Origin: Acidimicrobiia bacterium
GTDB taxonomy: Bacteria; Actinomycetota; Acidimicrobiia; Acidimicrobiales; Aldehydirespiratoraceae
Length of the DNA stretch: 64,000 bases
Assembly (NCBI GenBank): GCA_022820805.1
Contig: JAJEEV010000043.1
Coordinates: forward strand, 11,363-75,362
Reading direction: 5' to 3'
The translations under genes and the position numbers were made by a program. Below, one piece after another: positions 18,013 to 26,906 of this stretch (within the stretch, counting starts at the first letter, position 1; the number at the start of each line of letters is the position of its first letter). A model generated the notes under the pieces. That model was not told where the DNA came from and ran no database searches. It saw only the letters and a list, made by a program, of their open reading frames with translations.

Positions 18013-18100
18013 GCGAATCGGTTCATATACGGCGCGAGGCCGTGGCCCGAGCGGCCCGTGAGCGAAGCGAACAAGAGCGGGAATGACACCGCCGCGCCGC
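17991..18100 (+). repeat. intergenic element, copy B
   Basis: Aligns almost base-for-base with 304-411. It overlaps the 3' end of ugd. Confidence 0.85.
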
Positions 18101-18198
18101 GACCGGCTCTCACCTCCCCTCGCACGTTCTCCGGGGCACCGGCTGAAAGGGCCGAGCGGTGGCCGCGTGCCCGGCGGCCACCGTGGGAGACTCGGTGG

Positions 18199-19293
18199 AT
18201 GCTCCGTGTGGCCGCGGTCGTGGAACAGTGCTGGCACCGGGTGCCGGGCGGCACCGCGGTCGCCGCGATCCGCACCCTCGACGCTCTGGCCGATCGCGGC
18301 GATGTCGACCTGGTGGGCATCGCCGCCCGTCACCGCCGGCCGGCCCCGGACGGTCTCGGGCCCCCGATTCCGGTCCGGCACGCTCGACTGCCCCGGCGGG
18401 CGCTCTATGACGCCTGGCACCGCTTGCGGGCGCCGTCGGTCCAGCGCCTGGCGGGACGGGTGGACGTGGTGCACGCCACCGGGGGTGCCGTGCCTCCGTC
18501 GGGGCGGGCCGCGCTGGTCGCGACGGTCAACGATCTCGCCTTCCTGAGGCGGCCGGAGTGGTTCACTCCCCGGGGCGTGCGCTTCGCCACCCGGGGGTTC
18601 GAGCTGGCCCGGGCGCAAGCCGATCTGGTGATCGCACCATCGCGAGCGACGGCGGCCGACCTCGCCGCACACGGCGTCGACCCCGAGCGGGTCCGGGTAG
18701 TGCCGCTGGCGGCTGCCGGGGCATCGCCCGACGCGGCCGAGATCGATGCGGTCCGGGCCCGCTACCGCCTGCCGGAGGTGTTCGCGCTGTGGGTCGGCAC
18801 CGCCGAGCCCCGCAAGAACCTGACCGGGCTGCTGAGGGCCGCGGAGCGCACCGCCACCGCGGTGCCGCTGGTGCTGGCCGGCCCTGACGGCTGGGGGCTC
18901 GACGCACCGGAGCTGGTCTCCGGCGCGGCCTGCGACGTGGTCCGCCTCGGCTTCGTACCCCAGCGTGAGCTTGCCGCGCTGTACGCCGCCGCCCGGGTGT
19001 TCGTCTATCCGAGCCTGATGGAGGGCTTCGGGCTTCCGGTTCTGGAGGCGATGGCTCAGGGCACGCCGGTGGTAACCAGCGCCGGAACCGCCACCGAGGA
19101 GGTCTGCGCCGATCCGGCGTCGGTGGTGGACCCCGCCGATATCGACGGGCTGGCCGCCGCCATCGACGCGGTGGTGGCCGACGACGCAGAGCACTCCCGG
19201 CGCTCCGCCGCGGCCCGTGCCCGGGCTGCGGGGTTCACCTGGAGCGCGACCGCGGCCGGCGTGCGGAGCGCCTACGGGGAGGCCTGCGCATGA
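18199..19293 (+). CDS. GT4 (GT-B fold) glycosyltransferase
   Basis: Within ORF 18058..19293. ATG 18199 has GGGAG upstream. It carries the C-terminal EGFGLPVLEAMAQGTPVV motif (E-X7-E region). Confidence 0.85.
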   Translation: MLRVAAVVEQCWHRVPGGTAVAAIRTLDALADRGDVDLVGIAARHRRPAPDGLGPPIPVRHARLPRRALYDAWHRLRAPSVQRLAGRVDVVHATGGAVPPSGRAALVATVNDLAFLRRPEWFTPRGVRFATRGFELARAQADLVIAPSRATAADLAAHGVDPERVRVVPLAAAGASPDAAEIDAVRARYRLPEVFALWVGTAEPRKNLTGLLRAAERTATAVPLVLAGPDGWGLDAPELVSGAACDVVRLGFVPQRELAALYAAARVFVYPSLMEGFGLPVLEAMAQGTPVVTSAGTATEEVCADPASVVDPADIDGLAAAIDAVVADDAEHSRRSAAARARAAGFTWSATAAGVRSAYGEACA

Positions 19294-19303
19294 GGAGCAC
19301 CGG

Positions 19304-20449
19304 GTGACTGCTGTGCGGGTGCTGGCGAACCTGTGCTCGGTGGTGCCTGGACAGGTCGGCGGCTCCGAGCCCTACACCGCCCGGCTGCTGGCCGCGGTGG
19401 CGTCACAGTCCCCTGCTCCGGGCGCCGCCGTGGAGCTGGAGCTGGCGTCGCTGGCCGGTGTGCGACCCGCCCATCCCGAGTTGGACGGGCTGGTGTGGCA
19501 CGAGGCCCCATGGCGGCCCGACAGCCGGGTGCGGCGGGCGGCGGTCGAGTCGACCTGGCTGGCCCGCCTGTCGGCCCGATTCGACGCGGTGCACCACTTC
19601 GGTGGCCGGCTGCCCGCTCGGCGGACCGGCGTGTCCGTGCTGACCGTTCACGACATCCAGCCGTTGGACGTTCCCGCCAACTTCTCGGCGCTGAAGCGCC
19701 GGTATCTGGGGTGGGCGCTGCCCCGCAGCGTTCGCTCCGCCGATCTGGTGGCGGTGCCTTCGCAGTGGGTGGCCGACCGGCTGGCGGAGCGTCTGGACGT
19801 GCCGCCCGAGCGAATCCAGGTGGTCCCGCCGACCTACGCCCGCGCCCGGCGGCCACCCGACACCGCCCAGGCGAACGCAGACCCGGCGCTGGGTGTCGAT
19901 CAGCCCTTCGTGCTCTACCCGGCGGCCACCTACCCCCACAAGAACCACGCGATGCTCATAGCGGCCCACGCCGCGGCTCGGGCCCGCCACCGCGACCTGA
20001 AGCTGGTGCTCACCGGCGCCAGGGGCCGCGCCCATGCCGAGGTGGCCGAGCAGGTGGCCCGCGCTGCCGGCGTGGCGCACCTGGGATGGGTGGACGGCGA
20101 CCGGCTCTCGTGGCTGATGTCGGCCGCTGCCGCGGTCGTGTTCCCGTCGCGCTATGAGGGTTTCGGGCTTCCTGTCCTCGAGGCCATGCACTCGGGCACC
20201 CCGGTCGTTGCCGCCGACGCGGCCGCGCTGCCGGAGGTGGCGGGCGGCTGCGCCACGCTCGTCGATCCCGACGACCTCGACGGCTGGGTCGACGCGCTGG
20301 CCGAGGCCGGGTCCGGGTCGCCCCGCATCCGCGAGCAGGTGGAACGGGGCCGGACCCGCGCCGCCGACTTCGCTCCGGACCGGGCGGCGGGCCGGCTGCT
20401 GGCGGCGTGGCGGGCCGCGGTCGACCGCGCCGGGGAGCCGGCACGGTGA
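19304..20449 (+). CDS. GT4 (GT-B fold) glycosyltransferase
   Basis: Within ORF 19217..20449. GTG 19304 has GAGGAG 6 nt upstream. It carries the YEGFGLPVLEAMHSGTPVV motif. Confidence 0.85.
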   Translation: MTAVRVLANLCSVVPGQVGGSEPYTARLLAAVASQSPAPGAAVELELASLAGVRPAHPELDGLVWHEAPWRPDSRVRRAAVESTWLARLSARFDAVHHFGGRLPARRTGVSVLTVHDIQPLDVPANFSALKRRYLGWALPRSVRSADLVAVPSQWVADRLAERLDVPPERIQVVPPTYARARRPPDTAQANADPALGVDQPFVLYPAATYPHKNHAMLIAAHAAARARHRDLKLVLTGARGRAHAEVAEQVARAAGVAHLGWVDGDRLSWLMSAAAAVVFPSRYEGFGLPVLEAMHSGTPVVAADAAALPEVAGGCATLVDPDDLDGWVDALAEAGSGSPRIREQVERGRTRAADFAPDRAAGRLLAAWRAAVDRAGEPAR

Positions 20450-21687
20450 GGCTGCTGGTCCTGTGCCCGCACTACGAGCCCGACGTCGCCCCCACGGGCG
20501 AGGTCATGACCGCCATCGTGGCCGAACTGGCCGGCCGGGGCCACGAGGTCCGGGTCGTGACCGCTCTGCCCTGGTACCGGAATCATCGGGTTGAGCCCGG
20601 CTGGCGGGGACGCCCGGTGCGGTCGGGGACCGCTCCCGGCGGCGTCGCGGTCACCCGGGTCCACCCGTTCCCGACCGCGAAGGGCCGCGTCGCGTCCCGC
20701 GCCGCCGGCTTCGCCGGCTTCACCGCGCTGGTCACCGCAGCCGCCGTCGCCACGCGGGACCGCCCCGACGCGGTGCTGGCCATGTCGCCGCCCATCACGC
20801 TCGGTCTGGCCGGCTGGGCCGCAGCCCGTCGCTGGAGGGCGCCGCTGGTGTTCAACCTGCAGGACATATTCCCCGACGCGGCCATCGACACCGGGGCCAT
20901 CCGCGGCCGGCGGCTGGTGGCCGCGGCCCGCCGCCTGGAGCGGTTCATCTACGACCGGGCCGCGGCCGTCACCGTGCTGTCACAGGACATGGCGGCCAAC
21001 GTGGAGGCCAAGCTCGACGCCGGCCGGTCGGGAGCCGTGCGGGTGATACCGAACTTCGCCGACACATCGCGGATCCGCCCCCGCAGCCGCGACACCGCCT
21101 ACCGGGCCGAGCACGGCCTGGGGGACCGGACCGTGGTGATGTACGCCGGCAACGTCGGCTTCTCGCAGCCGCTCGACCTGATGGTGGAAGCGGCCCGGGC
21201 GCACCGCCACCGCGACGACGTCGTGTTCGTGGTCAACGGCGAGGGCTCGGCCCGTCCCGCGCTGGAGGCGTCGGCGGCCGGGCTGCCCAACCTGGTGTTC
21301 GTCGACTACCAGCCGACCGAGCGCCTCGACGAGGTGCTGGCGTCGGCCGACATCGGTGTGGTCGTGCTGCGCGAGGGCCTGGCCCGCTCGAGCGTTCCCT
21401 CCAAGATCTACTCGATCCTGGCTGCGGGCCGCCCGGTGGTGGCCTCGGTCGATCCGGGAACGGAACTGCCCCGAATGATCGAAGAGGCCGGCTGCGGCGC
21501 CGCGGTGGCTCCCGGTGACGGGGCCGCCTTCAACGCCGCGATCGCAGCGTTGCTCGACGACACCGATGGGCGCGAGGCCATGGGGCGGCGGGGCCGTGCC
21601 TATGTGGAGGGATGCCTGACACCGCAGGCGGTCGCGGGCGCCTACGAGGAGTTGTTCGCGGCGCTGACGGGCAGCGCGGGTACCTGA
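20446..21687 (+). CDS. GT4 (GT-B fold) glycosyltransferase (WcaI-like)
   Basis: Within ORF 20407..21687. GTG 20446 overlaps the upstream stop (GTGA). Key residues: RLLVLCPHYEPDVAPTG and the C-terminal PSKIYSILAAGRPVV. Confidence 0.8.
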   Translation: MRLLVLCPHYEPDVAPTGEVMTAIVAELAGRGHEVRVVTALPWYRNHRVEPGWRGRPVRSGTAPGGVAVTRVHPFPTAKGRVASRAAGFAGFTALVTAAAVATRDRPDAVLAMSPPITLGLAGWAAARRWRAPLVFNLQDIFPDAAIDTGAIRGRRLVAAARRLERFIYDRAAAVTVLSQDMAANVEAKLDAGRSGAVRVIPNFADTSRIRPRSRDTAYRAEHGLGDRTVVMYAGNVGFSQPLDLMVEAARAHRHRDDVVFVVNGEGSARPALEASAAGLPNLVFVDYQPTERLDEVLASADIGVVVLREGLARSSVPSKIYSILAAGRPVVASVDPGTELPRMIEEAGCGAAVAPGDGAAFNAAIAALLDDTDGREAMGRRGRAYVEGCLTPQAVAGAYEELFAALTGSAGT

Positions 21688-21772
21688 GAGCCCGGCGCGG
21701 CGCGTCGGTGTCAGCGCCGCCGTCGCCCCGGCGGCGACCGGGCTTCGATGTCAGCCGATAGCGTGACGCCCC

Positions 21773-22525
21773 GTGGCTCAGGCGAGTTCTTCGAAGAAGG
21801 TCCAGCGGGCCGCCCGTGCGGCGGCCGCGCCCAAGGGCGGCCGCGAGCGCCGGGAGCTGGGCTTCCCGATGATCCTGGTGGCGGTGGTCGTGCTCGGCGT
21901 CTCGCTGGTGGTCTTCGCCCGCTCGTCGCGGCCCCCGCCCGAGGCGCCCAGGGTCGGCAACGACCACTGGCACTCGGCCTACGCCATCTACGACTGCGAC
22001 CGCTTCCTCCCCGCCTTCACAAGCGCCGCCGATCCCGACGGGATCCACTCGCATCAGGACGGCGTGATCCACATCCACCCGTGGAACAGCTCCGCGTCGG
22101 GAGACGACGCCCGGCTCGACGTGTTCTTCGAGTCGATGGGGGCGAGGATCACCGACGACGAGATCAGCGGCCCCGGCATCGGCGTGCTCGAAGCGGGATC
22201 CGATTGCAACGGCGAGCCGACGGTGATCCGGGCCGTGCGCTTCGCCCGGATCGACCCGAGTGCCGACATGGCCGGCGCCGACGATCCCATCACGGGCCTG
22301 GCCGACGTCTACGAGGTGGCAGAGGAGTACACCGACGACTTCTCCGACGTCCGCCTGCTCGGTGACCTGGAGGCCTTCACGTTCGCCCGGGTGCCTGCCG
22401 GTGCCGAGGTGCCCAAACCGCCCGAGACCCGCCTCCAGACGGCCTTCGCGGCATCGGGCGGGAACCTGATCTCGAGAGGTCCGGAAACCGACCTCGACCC
22501 GACGGACGCCCCGCCGACCGAATAG
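21773..22525 (+). CDS. conserved-looking hypothetical protein, N-terminal membrane anchor, histidine-rich motifs
   Basis: ORF 21773..22525 (GTG start). It has a TM segment FPMILVAVVVLGVSLVVFA, then DHWHSAYAIYDC and HSHQDGVIHIHPW. I do not recognise the family. Confidence 0.55.
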   Translation: MAQASSSKKVQRAARAAAAPKGGRERRELGFPMILVAVVVLGVSLVVFARSSRPPPEAPRVGNDHWHSAYAIYDCDRFLPAFTSAADPDGIHSHQDGVIHIHPWNSSASGDDARLDVFFESMGARITDDEISGPGIGVLEAGSDCNGEPTVIRAVRFARIDPSADMAGADDPITGLADVYEVAEEYTDDFSDVRLLGDLEAFTFARVPAGAEVPKPPETRLQTAFAASGGNLISRGPETDLDPTDAPPTE

Positions 22526-22533
22526 GGGCCGGG

Positions 22534-23538
22534 GTGCAGGCGATCCTGCTGGTCGGCGGCCTCGGCACCCGGCTGCGGCCCCTGACGCTGACCACCCCCA
22601 AGCAGATGCTGCCGGTGCTGCACCGGCCGATGCTGGAGTACGCGGTGTCCGGTCTGGCGCGCCACGGGGTGGACAGGGTGGTCCTGGCCCTGGGCTACCA
22701 CGACGACGCCTTCCGGGCCGCCTATCCCGACGGGCGGTGCGCGGGGGTGGAGCTGTGCTGCGTGGTCGAGCCCGAGCCGCTCGACACCGCCGGGGCGATC
22801 CGTTTCGCCTTCGAGGCCTCGGGCATGGACGCATCCGCGGGCACCTTCCTGGTGGCCAACGGCGACGTGATCACCGACCTCGACGTCGGAGAGATGCTGC
22901 GGCTGCATCGCTCGGCCGGAGCCGAGGCCACGATCCACCTGATCGCCGTGGACGACCCGTTCCGCTACGGGGTGGTGGTGACCGACCCCGGCGGGCGGGT
23001 CAGCGCCTTCGTGGAGAAGCCCCCGGGGCCTCGCTCGCCGAGCAGCTGGATCAACGCGGGGACCTACCTGATGGAGCCCTCGGTGATCGGGCGCATCGAC
23101 GCCGGCAGGCGGGTGTCGGTGGAGCGTGAGGTCTTCCCGGCGATGGTCGCCGACGGGGCCCTGTGGGCTCTGCGGCAGAACACCTACTGGGTCGACGTGG
23201 GCACTCCGCAGGCGTACCTGCGGGCCCAGCTCGACCTGCTCGACGGCCGGCGGGGGCCGGCGGCGGCCGGGGTGTCGGCGGAGGCCTCGGTCGATGCTGA
23301 GGCGGTGATCGAGCGCAGCGTGGTCATGGCGGGAGCCGTAGTGGGCGCGGGCTCGGTGGTGCGGGGCTCCGCGGTCCACTCTGGGGCGGTAATCGAGGCG
23401 GGCGCGACGGTTCTCGATTCCGTGGTGGGGTCAGGTGCCACGGTGGGGCGGGGCGCCCGGGTGGCCGACGGCACGCTCATCGGGGAGCGCTTCACCGTCG
23501 CGGCTGGGGCCGACCTGTCCGATGCCAGGGTGCCCTAG
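22534..23538 (+). CDS. manC: NDP-sugar pyrophosphorylase, mannose-1-phosphate guanylyltransferase-like, with C-terminal left-handed beta-helix
   Basis: ORF 22534..23538. Key residues: AILLVGGLGTRLRPLT..PK, plus C-terminal hexapeptide repeats. Context includes gmd, rmd, manA and manB. Confidence 0.8.
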   Translation: MQAILLVGGLGTRLRPLTLTTPKQMLPVLHRPMLEYAVSGLARHGVDRVVLALGYHDDAFRAAYPDGRCAGVELCCVVEPEPLDTAGAIRFAFEASGMDASAGTFLVANGDVITDLDVGEMLRLHRSAGAEATIHLIAVDDPFRYGVVVTDPGGRVSAFVEKPPGPRSPSSWINAGTYLMEPSVIGRIDAGRRVSVEREVFPAMVADGALWALRQNTYWVDVGTPQAYLRAQLDLLDGRRGPAAAGVSAEASVDAEAVIERSVVMAGAVVGAGSVVRGSAVHSGAVIEAGATVLDSVVGSGATVGRGARVADGTLIGERFTVAAGADLSDARVP

Positions 23539-23546
23539 GCGGTTTG

Positions 23547-24542
23547 ATGGCGACGCTGGTCACGGGGGGCGCGGGCTACATCGGCAGCCATACGGTCGTC
23601 GCGCTGCACGATGCGGGGCGCGAGGTGGTGATCCTCGACGACTTCTCCAATGCCTCGCGCCGGGCGGTGGATTCGATCCGGGGCCTGACCCACCGGGACT
23701 TGCCGGTCGTGGAGGGCGACGCCGGCGATGCCGATGTCCTGGCTGCGGTCTTCGGTGGGCATCGGATCGACTCGGTGGTCCACTTCGCGGCCCGCAAGAG
23801 CGTGGCCGAGTCGGTGAGGGACCCCGTCGGCTACTACCGCAGCAACCTCGGATCTGTTGTCGAGCTGGCTGCTGCGGCCGTGGAGCGGGGCGTCCGGCGG
23901 CTGGTGTTCAGCTCGTCGGCCACCGTCTACGGGTCGGCGTCGTCGCTGCCGCTCACCGAGGAGTCGGAGACCGTCCCGGAGAGCCCCTACGGCGAGACGA
24001 AGCTGATGGGTGAGCGCATCCTGGCCGACGCCGCGGCCGCCTCGGATCTGACCGCGGTGATGCTGCGCTACTTCAATCCGGTCGGCGCGCACCCCTCGGG
24101 GCTGATAGGGGAGGACCCTTCCGGGGAGCCGGAGAACCTCGTGCCCCGGATCATGCAGGTCGCCGCTGGCCGCCGGGACCGGCTGGAGGTCTTCGGAGCC
24201 GACTACGCCACCGTCGACGGCACCGCAGTGCGGGACTACGTGCACGTGATGGACCTGGCCGAGGGCCATGTGGCTGCCCTCGATGCCGACATCGCCCCCG
24301 CCCGCAGCCGGGTCTACAACCTCGGCACAGGCTCGGGGACCACGGTGCTGCAACTGCTGGCCGCGGCCGGCGAGGTCCTGGGGTCGAGCGTCCTCTACGA
24401 GATGGCCGGCCGCCGCCCCGGCGACGTGGAAGCGTCGTGGGCCGACTGCACCCGAGCCCGCGACGAGCTGGGCTGGAGGGCCACCAGGAGCCTCCACGAG
24501 ATGCTCACCGACCACTGGAACTTCACCCACCACCACCCCTGA
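23547..24542 (+). CDS. galE: UDP-glucose 4-epimerase
   Basis: ORF 23544..24542 (ATG at 23547). Key residues: VTGGAGYIGSH, catalytic YGETK, and FNPVGAHPSGLIGEDP. Confidence 0.9.
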   Translation: MATLVTGGAGYIGSHTVVALHDAGREVVILDDFSNASRRAVDSIRGLTHRDLPVVEGDAGDADVLAAVFGGHRIDSVVHFAARKSVAESVRDPVGYYRSNLGSVVELAAAAVERGVRRLVFSSSATVYGSASSLPLTEESETVPESPYGETKLMGERILADAAAASDLTAVMLRYFNPVGAHPSGLIGEDPSGEPENLVPRIMQVAAGRRDRLEVFGADYATVDGTAVRDYVHVMDLAEGHVAALDADIAPARSRVYNLGTGSGTTVLQLLAAAGEVLGSSVLYEMAGRRPGDVEASWADCTRARDELGWRATRSLHEMLTDHWNFTHHHP

Positions 24543-24648
24543 CGGCCACGGCAGCTAGCTACACGCTGGCAAGCAGGTTCCACTAGAATACATTTAACAA
24601 TAATGTAAATGCTTGACAGATGTCATACCCCTATGGGGTGCTGTCGTC

Positions 24649-26133
24649 ATGTTGATTGAAGCCGCCCGCCGGGCCGAGGCCGCCGCCAAGGAGATGCTGG
24701 CGCTGGTGAATGCCGGGGACGCTTCGTGCGAGGAGATGCGCGAGATGTTGCCGGTTTCCAAGGCCATTGTCGCGATCACGTCGGCCGCGCAGACCTCAGC
24801 CGCGGCGAACATCGCAGCCCGGGACCGTCACGGCGACGGGGGCGCGGAGGTGCTGGCCTCAGGTGCGGGACTGTCGCGGCAGGATGCCCGCAGCCAGGTC
24901 AGGACCGCTGAGGCGCTGCGTGACACGCCCAGGCTGCGCGACGCGGTGGAATCGGGGCGGGTATCTGTGGCGAACGCGAGGCGGCTTGGGGAGGCTGTGT
25001 CGAAGACCAGCGCGGCCGATGTCGCTGATGATCGGGACCTGTTGGCCAAGGCCGAGTCGATGCGGCCCGAGCAGTTCACCAAGGAGGCCCGCCGCTGGAT
25101 GGTGGATCGTCAGGGTGACGGCGGCGAGGGCGAGCATGCCCGTCAACGGGCTCGGCGGTGTGTGCGGATGTGGAACGCCGACGACGGGATGGTGCACCTG
25201 CGCGGGGAATTCGACGCAGTCACCGGCGAGCGCATCCGCAACCGGCTGCGCATCGAGGCCGGCCGCATGCACGACGGCGACAGGAAGCACGCCGCCGCTA
25301 ACGGCAGCGGGCACCAGCGGCGCAGCTTCGACCAGTGCATGGCCGACGCCCTCGAACACCTCACCACCAACCGCTCCGACAGCCAGGGGACCAAGCCCTT
25401 TGCTGATATCTGTGTGGTCGCGCACGTCGATGAAGACACCGGCAAGTTGGTCGCTGAGCTTCCCGACGGGGCACGGCTGCCCCAGTCGGTGCTCGAGGAA
25501 CTGGCCTGCAACGCAAAGTTCACCGGCATCATCTATGACCGCCGGGGCCGGCCGATATGGCGGGCCCAGAGTGTGCGCCGCGCCACCGACGCCCAGCGCC
25601 AGCTGCTGATCGCCCGCGACGGGGGATGCTTCGCCTGCGGCGCCCACCCCGACATCTGCGACGCCCATCACGTGAAGCCCGTGTCCGAGGGCGGGGCCAC
25701 CAGCATCGACAACATGGTGCTGGCCTGCTGGAGCTGCCACCACAAGATCCACTACCTCCGCTGGCAGATCCACGGCCCGCCCGGCAAGCGCACACTGCAC
25801 CCGCCCCAGGCGGAGACCTACGGCCCCGCCCACGCCCCCGAAGGGCCGAGCCTGTTCTGCTCAGAAGCGCCCGCCGTACGCGACCAGGCCGGGCTGCTAG
25901 AGCCCGTCGCGGCCCAGTCCCCGAACACGCTGGTACTTCGCATTCCGAAGGCAACCCGCGCCCCCGATCACTCGCCGGCGAACAGATCCCGACAACGCGG
26001 CGCACGGCCGGCGCAGCACAGCGATCCGCCGGGGAGACCCAGTCCGGCGACCGCCCGGGCGGCGCTGGTGAGATCGCACACCAGGTCGGCCGGCACACCG
26101 GGCGCCCTCAGCGGTGACCGTGGGCCGCCGTGA
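24649..26133 (+). CDS. DUF222-type HNH endonuclease (13E12-repeat-like protein)
   Basis: Within ORF 24613..26133. It has the N-terminal DUF222-like region and the C-terminal HNH box CFACGAHPDICDAHHVKPVSEGGATSIDNMVLACWSCHHKIH. An AT-rich patch precedes it. The low-complexity tail makes the true stop uncertain. Confidence 0.8.
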   Translation: MLIEAARRAEAAAKEMLALVNAGDASCEEMREMLPVSKAIVAITSAAQTSAAANIAARDRHGDGGAEVLASGAGLSRQDARSQVRTAEALRDTPRLRDAVESGRVSVANARRLGEAVSKTSAADVADDRDLLAKAESMRPEQFTKEARRWMVDRQGDGGEGEHARQRARRCVRMWNADDGMVHLRGEFDAVTGERIRNRLRIEAGRMHDGDRKHAAANGSGHQRRSFDQCMADALEHLTTNRSDSQGTKPFADICVVAHVDEDTGKLVAELPDGARLPQSVLEELACNAKFTGIIYDRRGRPIWRAQSVRRATDAQRQLLIARDGGCFACGAHPDICDAHHVKPVSEGGATSIDNMVLACWSCHHKIHYLRWQIHGPPGKRTLHPPQAETYGPAHAPEGPSLFCSEAPAVRDQAGLLEPVAAQSPNTLVLRIPKATRAPDHSPANRSRQRGARPAQHSDPPGRPSPATARAALVRSHTRSAGTPGALSGDRGPP

Positions 26134-26167
26134 CCCGTGTGGGGCGTGGCTGCGGGAGGCGCGGTGG

Positions 26168-26872
26168 TTAGCGGAAGAGGTCGTCGGTGGGGGAGCGGAC
26201 TATCTCCTCGGCGACGGAGCCGGTGCGGAACCAGGACTCGTCGAGGCCCCGCACGACTGCGACGGGGACGCCCTTGGCCTTGCCCATGACCAGGTCGGCG
26301 GCTGCCGCGATCTCGTCGGCCACGGCCACCTCGGTCACCTTGAGCTCCCGGCCTAGGGCGTCGGTGCTGCCCCGCAGGTCCACCACTGCGGCGATGCCTG
26401 CGCAGCCGATGGCGGTGTCGGTCACGCCGCGGCGCCACGGCCGGCCGAAGGTGTCGGAGACCACCACCGCCACCTCGACCCCGACCAGCGCCCGGATCCG
26501 GTCTCGGATGCGGCGGGCCGAACGGTCCGAGTCCACCGGCAGCAGAGCGGCGTAGCCCTCCTCGACGTTGCTGAGATCGACGCCGGCGTTGGCGCACACG
26601 AAGCCGTGGGCCGTCTCGGAGATCACCAGGTCTCCCCGCCGGCGCAGCACCCGGACCGACTCCTCCTCCACCAGCGGCTTGTGACTGGTCGGGTCGGCAG
26701 GGTCGACGGCCGCGAGCCGCCCCTCGGCCTTGGACACCACCTTCTGGGTGACCACCACACAGTCCCGGTCACGCAGCGAGCCGGGCCCGGCCGCGGCGAC
26801 GATGAGCGCGCCCAGGTCGTCTCCGGGCCGCACCTCGCCGATGCCCTCAACTCCAAGGATCTCCAGGTTCAT
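26168..26872 (-). CDS. cofE: coenzyme F420-0:L-glutamate ligase (stand-alone CofE, no FbiB-type C-terminal nitroreductase domain)
   Basis: ORF 26168..26872. Key residues: VVTQKVVSKAEGR, ANAGVDLSN, SDTFGRPWRRG. Confidence 0.88.
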   Translation of the reverse strand: MNLEILGVEGIGEVRPGDDLGALIVAAAGPGSLRDRDCVVVTQKVVSKAEGRLAAVDPADPTSHKPLVEEESVRVLRRRGDLVISETAHGFVCANAGVDLSNVEEGYAALLPVDSDRSARRIRDRIRALVGVEVAVVVSDTFGRPWRRGVTDTAIGCAGIAAVVDLRGSTDALGRELKVTEVAVADEIAAAADLVMGKAKGVPVAVVRGLDESWFRTGSVAEEIVRSPTDDLFR

Positions 26873-26906
26873 GGGCTCTCCAGGCTCATGGGATCTCGAG
26901 GCTCAT
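26856..26906 (-). repeat. 17-nt tandem repeat x3 of the cofE start region, forming two 6-codon mini-ORFs
   Basis: The minus strand reads ATGAGCCTCGAGATCCC / ATGAGCCTGGAGAGCCC / ATGAACCTGGAGATCCT. Each ATG overlaps the previous TGA. Confidence 0.9.

Noticed and set aside
18058-18198. Using the element-internal GTG (18058, and 29892 in copy C) as the true start of the GT4 and isochorismatase genes
   Set aside because: The resulting 33-47-aa N-terminal extensions are Pro/Arg-rich and unlike the families' N-termini. Downstream ATGs have SD-like sequences. I kept the in-frame relationship as a finding, not as the annotated start.
16636-19194. 852-aa minus-strand ORF
   Set aside because: It is antisense to ugd and the first GT4. 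It is low-complexity and Arg/Gly/Pro-rich with no motifs. Shadow ORF.
24543-26167. A complete mobile element (IS or prophage remnant) around the HNH gene
   Set aside because: I found no transposase or integrase, no terminal inverted repeats and no flanking target-site duplication. Only the AT-rich 5' patch and the HNH gene family itself suggest mobility.
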